From positions 18,910,001 through 18,974,000 of the forward strand of contig OZ059896.1 in the NCBI GenBank assembly GCA_964057225.1: a stretch of 64,000 bases of DNA, written 5' to 3'. The notes below the pieces were generated by a model that saw nothing but the letters and a program-made list of their open reading frames with translations, was not told the origin of the DNA and did no database searches. How positions within the stretch are numbered: position 1 is the first letter of the stretch; every line of letters starts with the position of its first letter. Both the position numbers and the translations under genes were made by a program. This document shows, one piece after another, positions 36,201 to 42,983 of the stretch. The DNA comes from Auanema rhodensis (taxonomy: Eukaryota; Animalia; Nematoda).

Positions 36201-38993
36201 ATATCAGATCGTTTGACCGTTATTGAATTTGATCGGTTAATTCGTACAAAAGAAGGCACTTATCGAGAACGTGCTGAAACTATTGCTCTTGATTTAGCCA
36301 ATACACCAGTTATAATTGAAGACAAATTAACAGTTCCATCAAGACAAGAAATATTAAAAGCATTCGTAAAAATGCCACCAATAAGGAAACAATTATTAAC
36401 TGATCAAGAAGAAAGAAACAGCAAATTTATAAAAGATACAATTGACCTTGTACATGAGCTAAAAACTCTCGTTACGCTTAGAAGAAATAAAACAGCAGCT
36501 GATATTGATGACATAAAATTCATAAACCTTCCATCTTCACGAATGTTTGTACTTGATACGGATAAATTGTTCTATGACATCAAGAATAATTTTGGAATAC
36601 CAATTGGACCACATCCCAAGCTCATAGAGCCCAACAACATCTCTAAGGACTTATTATTGGAAATATTTTTACCACTACTAAACGATAATATTTTGCCTAA
36701 TACATCTAGTAGAATATCATCAGAACAGTTAAAAAGATTAATGACAGAGAAAATCCAACTTAAATCGTTGCAAACCACGACGCGTGCGCCAAGCAACGCG
36801 GCAGGCGGCGCGGCCGAGATGGCAGCCCTCCCTATAATCGATCGTGAGGCGCTGATCACAACAGATCCCGCAATACTGCCGCAAACATCTACAAGCCCTC
36901 GGGCAGCCGCAGCAACTACCGCGCGCGCGCCTTCATCGATGGCCCAGCCCGAAACAACGGCGCGCCATACAACCGCAACGACAACCGCGCGCGCAACAAT
37001 ATCGACCCGCGCGCCGCCAACTACTATTCTCTACGCTGTTCATCAAGACCAACAAATTCCAATAATGGAAGAAACAACATATACACCAATATCCTTGATT
37101 CGTAAACATAGAGCATCATCAACGCCTACAGCCACCGATATAGAGTCTGTACAGGCTAATGCTCAATACATTGCCACAAAAATTGACTCCGAACAACAGT
37201 TTCGCCAAAACATAACAAGCAGAATTGCACAAGATCATTTGCAATATGCTACAACTATGATTCAAGAAGAACTGCAGAAACATTTTAAAGAGTCATACGA
37301 ATCAATATGTGAGATCCAAAATAGGTATCTTGAATTATGGAGATCAATTTTACAAATTGAACCAACAATAGCTATGCGTACAATACTGGGAAGAGAAGAT
37401 ATAGCCGCAAGATTTGTAGGCAGCGAGATAATACATATACATGTTTGCCCGGTAGTATTACAAAGGACTATATATCACAATCACACTGTGAATGGCACAT
37501 GTTATCTCGAAACTCCAGTATTAACACAAGAAGGACAATTACTGTTTGCCGCACCAGGATCGAAAGACCTATTACCTCATGGTAAAGAAATTAACTGTGA
37601 TCACGTACCAACAGACGTATGGTCAACAGACGGTGAATGGAAAGGAATTAATGGTACTGTAGACGTCAGCCTCATATCCATGTGGGACGGACTTCATCAT
37701 GAAAAGATCACACCATTAAAATTCACCGGAGCACACTTATACACCAACTTATCATCTCGAGTGTACTCAATGACAACAGCCATTGCTTATGGTGCTAGTT
37801 TAGCATCGATTCGTCAAAATCACGTGCTTCACACAATTCATCATGATCCAAAAATATCATCAGCATTCAGCATATTGAAGAAAAGTAGTGATTACATCTC
37901 CAAAGCCGATGAATTCACCAAAAGTACATGGAATTCATTTGTCGATACAATAGCAGGAACGATTGAACGAACACTCATCACTATTGGAGCAATTACAATT
38001 ATTGTAGTTATACTGATCGTACTAGCCTTCGTTGCGAAAATATATTTCTTCAAACCAATAGGCATGCAAGTCATGCATATCGAACTCCGAGATCAAACCA
38101 ACGATCTTCCCACATATGAAGAAACATTAGAGCTAGTAAGTCAACCTGATCAGCCAATACCAAGGAACATAATGAAACAGTACTATCCATCGTTTCTCAC
38201 TTTAGTTCCACTAGCTATGCCCATAGTTTGTTCAGTTTCCAATCGCAAAGACCAATCTCTACCACTGCTATTGATGACTGTTAACGATAGACTAATCCTA
38301 ACTCTTTGGGATTCAGGATCATCGATTAGTTATATCAGACTCTCGACATTACATTACTTAACTTTGAATGATTTTGTAAAAAAGGATAAATCTGTTGCGA
38401 CGACAGCAAACGGATCAGCATTTCGATTTCTGGGAACAATTGATTTAACCGTAGAAATCGCTGGATATGAAATAGATCATACATTCTTCATTTCAAGAGA
38501 TGAAGACTGTCCATCACCAGCATTAATTGGATTAGATTTTATGAAAACACTCGATCGTCAAAATATCGGTATGAAACTTCGACCATTCAAACAAACGTTA
38601 GAAATCGGAAACCGCGTAGTACCGTTAGCCAATGGAAATAACGGGAATATCAGAAAAACATCATTTGTCATTAATTTGATAAATTTAAATCCACAATGTA
38701 TCTTTCCTCATCAGACCTGTAGAATACCAGTAAGGTTAGCTGAACCCATATCACACAACGAAGTCGCCGTGCTACAACCCGATGAAGAAAAGACGATATC
38801 TACCACCTACGAAACAGCATTTCGAGACGTAAATTCAATTACCATGCCATTCAAAAACAACACTGATCATCCTATAGATCTATCACCCGGAAACATTATT
38901 GACAAAGCAAAAATAGGCGTACTGCCACAATACGAGATCTTTACGACCGAACAATCCAGACTATATACCACCCGAAGCGGATTGGGAAAATAA
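33267..38993 (+). CDS. gag-env-pro: Gag-Env-protease polyprotein (start codon uncertain: frame open from 33204, GTG at 33267, first ATG at 33960)
   Basis: 1908-aa ORF: disordered N-terminus, capsid-like helical domain, N/R-rich region, internal signal sequence, Cys-rich ectodomain with glycosylation sequons, TM helix, aspartic protease (LWDSGS...LIGLDF). Confidence 0.92.
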   Translation: MDKRFRSAVPLSTRTDFDLRDSAPLTRSRARAQSIAIIEDEQKAEHKTDKFFTPRAGTYSPTERLSDEDYVPPGGKETSIIVEEETPVTAKKVRSSNSNKNKKNKNKNSSKSDASLSLSIPEPTVSPSVATTSAGGLQTFKNIVSDLFNRSPKDRNLNTSHTNRYSSVPNINLSPIQPPEHTHLAITDNQTSTPILPNTTTGSSKAPNQPSRSVHTTPVSENSLTTGRVIKMPSARTSNMATEPSLPGAGKTTIAQALLSPYCPTYDGSRNFRDFTAKFNLFANAVGLVIPERSALLPLLLKNEAAEEAYRQVPEQLKTTGSWNDLLRALTSKLCPEYNQDPALINLQNTTQGDLTIDAYAQSLRTIALSAFATDDPHKDHILRSTFLRGLKNTLKPAVIRAKPKSFTDAIEAARWEESIMNQTTDTQSMLVNAVNKALAPFARTNERRDNRNFDRNYPRDNQNNKNYHNYQNYQKNKNFSKYNNNQNRNGSFANYRRNNNYERNSGRFNNNWHSNNFNPSNNNRRGRINEHNGQRRVHFNNQRDQSRGRDRSTPRINSVTLSPLSLTVVMAITVAIFLPCVTSYQICTKATGGALLVPPVVKKCKLTETNQVLRTQIHLYTRNHTAHEWDAWRCSKEVHKLCVRDLLFLRDTNRTIDRVQPIAAHECRQAIRDRKWNNMELERIDSIAQATPEPSYDPARAFSRDECEERPRLVLERGVMTRMPDDTILSNLILNTEGCSAHHGNCKSNTSIIIWDPQTSDSRCNYIDMHYYDAIISKETILIPSTQSALILSSKITPKPIASCFRQPAFHTTAGNYITFPKYPNDNNITLLIEREFKKLPFKRPKRATSTKCSFPFDQDRINEVEDFETYTLRICPYPFLRPLMSNPGITQIIPLIKGRRMVDPTYSLKEWIIAHRENFEFFFKIQIYEKSLRHFLKQYDFRDKDEAILQYVAQRELALATKAGISYLTSRQLLQQISDRLTVIEFDRLIRTKEGTYRERAETIALDLANTPVIIEDKLTVPSRQEILKAFVKMPPIRKQLLTDQEERNSKFIKDTIDLVHELKTLVTLRRNKTAADIDDIKFINLPSSRMFVLDTDKLFYDIKNNFGIPIGPHPKLIEPNNISKDLLLEIFLPLLNDNILPNTSSRISSEQLKRLMTEKIQLKSLQTTTRAPSNAAGGAAEMAALPIIDREALITTDPAILPQTSTSPRAAAATTARAPSSMAQPETTARHTTATTTARATISTRAPPTTILYAVHQDQQIPIMEETTYTPISLIRKHRASSTPTATDIESVQANAQYIATKIDSEQQFRQNITSRIAQDHLQYATTMIQEELQKHFKESYESICEIQNRYLELWRSILQIEPTIAMRTILGREDIAARFVGSEIIHIHVCPVVLQRTIYHNHTVNGTCYLETPVLTQEGQLLFAAPGSKDLLPHGKEINCDHVPTDVWSTDGEWKGINGTVDVSLISMWDGLHHEKITPLKFTGAHLYTNLSSRVYSMTTAIAYGASLASIRQNHVLHTIHHDPKISSAFSILKKSSDYISKADEFTKSTWNSFVDTIAGTIERTLITIGAITIIVVILIVLAFVAKIYFFKPIGMQVMHIELRDQTNDLPTYEETLELVSQPDQPIPRNIMKQYYPSFLTLVPLAMPIVCSVSNRKDQSLPLLLMTVNDRLILTLWDSGSSISYIRLSTLHYLTLNDFVKKDKSVATTANGSAFRFLGTIDLTVEIAGYEIDHTFFISRDEDCPSPALIGLDFMKTLDRQNIGMKLRPFKQTLEIGNRVVPLANGNNGNIRKTSFVINLINLNPQCIFPHQTCRIPVRLAEPISHNEVAVLQPDEEKTISTTYETAFRDVNSITMPFKNNTDHPIDLSPGNIIDKAKIGVLPQYEIFTTEQSRLYTTRSGLGK
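34050..34600 (+). other. gag: Gag capsid-like domain
   Basis: PTYDGSRNFRDFTAKF...TQGDLTIDAYAQSL (MHR-like Q-x5/6-Y)...FLRGLK...PKSFTDAIEAA resembles Ty3/Gypsy capsid motifs. Confidence 0.8.
34950..38051 (+). other. env: Envelope glycoprotein domain, herpesvirus gB-like class III fusogen
   Basis: Signal sequence 34950-35018 (VTS|YQIC), many Cys and N-X-S/T sequons, RPKR furin site 35799-35810, gB-like core LQY-x20-CEIQN...W...EPT...ILGR.DIAARFVG...C.PV...CY..P (37239-37520), TM 37971-38051. Confidence 0.8.
38250..38630 (+). other. pro: Retropepsin-type aspartic protease domain
   Basis: Catalytic DSG at 38310-38318, flap TANGS, C-terminal LIGLDF motif near 38525. Confidence 0.9.
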
Positions 38994-39018
38994 ATTACCT
39001 CATTTCCCTCAGGACTTT

Positions 39019-41946
39019 ATGAACGATCTTGATTTAAAAGACGCCGACCTAACTAAAGAACAAAAAGATCTTCTTCAGCTTTGTATTCTCCGTAATAGAG
39101 ATGCATTTTTAAATGAGGATAAACAAATAGGACTATTTAAAGGACCTGTAGAGCATTCAATACCTCTAAGAACAGATATGGACATGCCTAGACCGCGTAT
39201 AACGCGTATCCCTATAGGCAAACAAGAAGAAGTCGAAAGACAGGTACAGGAGATGCTGAAGCAAAATATAATTGAACCATCCACATCTCTTTTCAATAGT
39301 CCTGTAGTTTTAGTCAAAAAGAAAGATGAAACATTCCGTTTCGTAACCGATTTCCGTGCTCTAAATAACGTCACTCGCAAGCAAACGTACATCATACCTA
39401 ACATCTCTGACATTGTCGATATGGCAGCCGGATCACAATATTTTTCTAACTTTGATTTAGTATCCGGATTCTTCCAAATAGCATTAAAGAAATCAGATCG
39501 ACCATTAACAGCATTTACAACAAACACCGGTACTTATCAATATAGAAGGATGCCTATGGGGTTATGTGGAGCACCACATACCTTTCAAACAGCAGTACGA
39601 TACCTTCAAAGCCGATGTAAATGCCGACTCTTTGTTTATTTGGATGATTTACTTGTTATATCAGACACTGCAGAACAACATCTTGACGATATAGCTGAGA
39701 TTCTCAGAGAAGTAAAGAAATTAGGCATGAAAATTAAACTCAAGAAATGCGCTTTTGCAAGACCTGAAGTAAAATTTCTTGGTTTAATTGTCGGAAGAGA
39801 TGGGGTCAAACCAGATCCACAGAAAGTATCCGCCATTCAAGACTATCCTGCTCCAAAGTCACCTACAGGAGTAAGAGCATTTTTGGGAATGGTAGGATTC
39901 TTTCGGAAATTTATTAAGGATTTTGCACACATCGCAAGCCCTTTATACGACCTTACAAAACTTGATGTGGAATTTCAATGGAATGACAGAAGTCAACAAG
40001 CTGTTGATACACTAAAAAGAAAATTGATCCAAGCACCGGTCTTAAAACCACCAAGATCAGACCGTATGTTCATTATAGAAAGTGACGGTAGTAATATCGC
40101 AGTGGGAGCAGTGTTATTACAACCTGAAGATCCCAATGAACCACTCAAAAACTTACATCCAATTGCATTTGCAAGCCGTAAACTTGTAAAAGCAGAACGT
40201 AACTATGCTCCTATTGAAATAGAAGCGTTAGGACTCGTATACGCTTTAGCTCAGTTTCGAACATATATACTTGGATCACATACAATCTGTATCACAGACC
40301 ATCGACCATTAACAAGCTTATTGACTCGTAGAGACCTTTTTGGAAGACTAGCAAAATTTCAATTAGTCATACAGGAATACGATATCGAGATAAGATACCG
40401 AGAAGGCAGACTAAACAAAGTCTGTGATGCTCTCTCACGATACATTGGAGATGAAGCAAACGATCCTAAACCGGAAAAGAAAAAGAAAACAAAAGAAATT
40501 CCGAAAGCTCAAATTAATTTCGTTAATGTACCTGACATTAGAGCAATTCAAGAGGATACACCTTGGATAAAGAGAACTATCGCCGAAATAGAATACAGAG
40601 CGAAAAAGAACATGCTTTCTAATGATCGTTATTGTGTTATTGACAACATGTTATACACAAAACCAAGCAGAAAACGACCACACCCAGCTTTGATTTTACC
40701 AAGGGAAAGCGAACTTATCAACAAGGTTATCGAAGAATTTCACGAAGACCCAGCAATTGGAGCACATCAAGGAATTAACAAAACTAAAGAAGCCATACTA
40801 CGAAGATTCTGCTGGACAAATATGCAAACGGACATAGCAATTTTTGTGAAACAATGCGTTAAATGCGCACAAAGGAAGAAAGATCCTTACGCTATGACCG
40901 TTCAGCCTATGGGTCAATTTGAAATACCATCAAAACCATTTGAGAGAATACATATGGATATTATGGGACCATTCCCTACTTCAAAAAGAAACAACAATTA
41001 TGTCCTAACAATACAAGATTCATTCTCCAAATGGGCTACAACCATCGCTATACCAACAATTGTCACCGATGTCATCATTGATAGATTCCTCAGGAATTTC
41101 GTATATATTTTTGGACCACCAAATCGTTTAATAACCGATCGTGGATCTAACTTTGTATCAAAGAAATTTGAAGAAATGTGTGAAAAACTTGGCATTAAAC
41201 ACGAGCCAACACTCCCTCATCAGAAAAATTCTAATGGACAAGTCGAAAGACTACACAGAACGCTAGAAGAAGGATTAACACACTATCTCAACAAAGACGT
41301 AACTGATTGGGACATGTATTTACCAAAAATTACTTTTGCGTTAAATACAATAACACACGCAACCACAGGAATCTCTCCATACATAGCATTATTCGGAAAA
41401 GAAAGTCGTATGAGATTAGACAAAGAATTATTCCCCGAGACATTACAACCAGAGATCTTGGAAGAAATTGAGAATACCGAATATATCAGAGGAGAAAGAA
41501 GAACCATCATTCAAGAAAATCTTGCAAAACATCAAGAAACCGCGAAGAGAAAACATGATGGACGACAACGAATAGAAGAAAGAGATATCCGAAAAGGAGA
41601 CCAAGTTATGTTAGCAATTAAAGCGCATAAACCAGGTCAAAAGCTTCGCAAATCATATGATGGACCATTTGAAGTCATCAACGTTGAAGGAAACATGGTA
41701 CAACTCAAGAATCCATTTGGAAAAATTCAAGACGTACACAAAGACAATCTCAAACTTTTTGAACGCAAAATGGACCATACAATCGCTCAAAACACGCGAT
41801 CCAATACAACGACTTATGACACGGACGACGACAGCGAGATTGAGATCATAAAAGTCATAAATGGTAACGATAACTATGACTCTACTGAAGAAACAGAACC
41901 AGAAGACCCATCGGACCAAAATTGGCTACCACCAAGAAGAAGATGA
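39019..41946 (+). CDS. pol: Pol: reverse transcriptase, RNase H, integrase (frame open from 38917)
   Basis: RT: SPVVLVKKKD, DFRALN, MPMGLCGAP, YLDD (39637-39648). RNase H: ESDGS, EALG, TDHRPL, DALSR. Integrase: H-x7-H...CVKC zinc finger, D (HMDIMGP), D (TDRG), E (NGQVER), GPF module. Confidence 0.97.
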   Translation: MNDLDLKDADLTKEQKDLLQLCILRNRDAFLNEDKQIGLFKGPVEHSIPLRTDMDMPRPRITRIPIGKQEEVERQVQEMLKQNIIEPSTSLFNSPVVLVKKKDETFRFVTDFRALNNVTRKQTYIIPNISDIVDMAAGSQYFSNFDLVSGFFQIALKKSDRPLTAFTTNTGTYQYRRMPMGLCGAPHTFQTAVRYLQSRCKCRLFVYLDDLLVISDTAEQHLDDIAEILREVKKLGMKIKLKKCAFARPEVKFLGLIVGRDGVKPDPQKVSAIQDYPAPKSPTGVRAFLGMVGFFRKFIKDFAHIASPLYDLTKLDVEFQWNDRSQQAVDTLKRKLIQAPVLKPPRSDRMFIIESDGSNIAVGAVLLQPEDPNEPLKNLHPIAFASRKLVKAERNYAPIEIEALGLVYALAQFRTYILGSHTICITDHRPLTSLLTRRDLFGRLAKFQLVIQEYDIEIRYREGRLNKVCDALSRYIGDEANDPKPEKKKKTKEIPKAQINFVNVPDIRAIQEDTPWIKRTIAEIEYRAKKNMLSNDRYCVIDNMLYTKPSRKRPHPALILPRESELINKVIEEFHEDPAIGAHQGINKTKEAILRRFCWTNMQTDIAIFVKQCVKCAQRKKDPYAMTVQPMGQFEIPSKPFERIHMDIMGPFPTSKRNNNYVLTIQDSFSKWATTIAIPTIVTDVIIDRFLRNFVYIFGPPNRLITDRGSNFVSKKFEEMCEKLGIKHEPTLPHQKNSNGQVERLHRTLEEGLTHYLNKDVTDWDMYLPKITFALNTITHATTGISPYIALFGKESRMRLDKELFPETLQPEILEEIENTEYIRGERRTIIQENLAKHQETAKRKHDGRQRIEERDIRKGDQVMLAIKAHKPGQKLRKSYDGPFEVINVEGNMVQLKNPFGKIQDVHKDNLKLFERKMDHTIAQNTRSNTTTYDTDDDSEIEIIKVINGNDNYDSTEETEPEDPSDQNWLPPRRR

Positions 41947-42646
41947 TGAAAGAAATAACTTCGAGATTGATAAAATTATTGTAAAACTTTGTATCAACAC
42001 TCTTTTAAAAAACCAGAGCTATTAATATTATTATATCATTGAAAAACTTGAGTAAGACGAGATGTAAGCTAATAATCAAAAAGCATTTCAGTTTCAAAGC
42101 ATATATGATTATAAAACTTCATCAATTTCAAATAATTTTCCGTAAATAAAGAAGAAATGAAAGATAAGAGACATTATATTGCATATTCATCTGAGCAACA
42201 GTCCTTATCAAGTAGTTAATGAGTCAATTCCGGAAATTATATGGGATTTAATTTAATTTTTTTTTATTATTACAATTCGCTTTGAATACGCTGAAGAAAC
42301 ATGCTAGCTCCATCGATAATATAGCATGACTCTTGTTTCTCTATACTCAAACAAGTTAGACATGCAGTGTCGTGCCTAAAAAGCTATTTTGCGTACTCTC
42401 GCTGACAAAATATAGCCCTGGTATTCTAAAAGATTGTTTTATTCCTTAATATTCATGTATTTTCAAATAATTTTTATTAAATTATTTTCAGATAATATTG
42501 TTTAACACTATATTGTAATTTATCTTTACTATTTTTATGTTAACATTGTAATTTTTATTTTTTAAAACTAAACCTTCTGCTACGATTGGAACAAGCCACA
42601 TATTTTGCTATTCGCGGGGACGCGACATAAACTCGAAAAAATGGCA

Positions 42647-42983
42647 CGTTCCATTCGGAAATCAATACGTAGCAGGCGGGTTAGAATCAGACGACATGAG
42701 GCTGAGAGAGGACGACACGCCCTTCATATGGAACACAGACTTCAGCTTTGCCTTATGGAATGACTATGGATGGTTGGTCTTCCTTTCTTAGCTCTCTTTC
42801 ACTTTATATCTTTATGTAGACTTATATAACTTATTGTAATCATGTAGACATAATAAACCTTTCTTTCTCGAGTCTTATGTTTATCCATTATGCTCTTTAT
42901 CTACCGCTACATCTGGAATACTATCACACTCATCTTGTAGGCTTTATTGGTCTATAGGATCGACGTGAGAGCATAACGGAACG
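42647..42983 (+). repeat. 3' LTR of the Gypsy provirus
   Basis: Direct repeat of 31520-31856, preceded by GAAAAAATGGCA and followed by TSD ATTG. Confidence 0.95.

Larger units (their letters stand above)
31520..42983 (+). mobile_element. Full-length Ty3/Gypsy (Metaviridae) endogenous retrovirus-like element, 11464 bp, gene order gag-env-pro / RT-RH-IN
   Basis: 337-bp LTRs (31520-31856, 42647-42983) identical by eye, TSD ATTG (31516-31519 and 42984-42987), tRNA-Gln PBS, two long ORFs with PR-RT-RH-IN order. Confidence 0.97.

Noticed and set aside
33200-41919. Minus-strand and alternative-frame ORFs overlapping gag-env-pro and pol
   Set aside because: Short, motif-free shadows of the long ORFs.
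41760-41946. Chromodomain at the integrase C-terminus
   Set aside because: The tail after the GPF module is acidic and low-complexity and lacks chromodomain aromatic-cage motifs.
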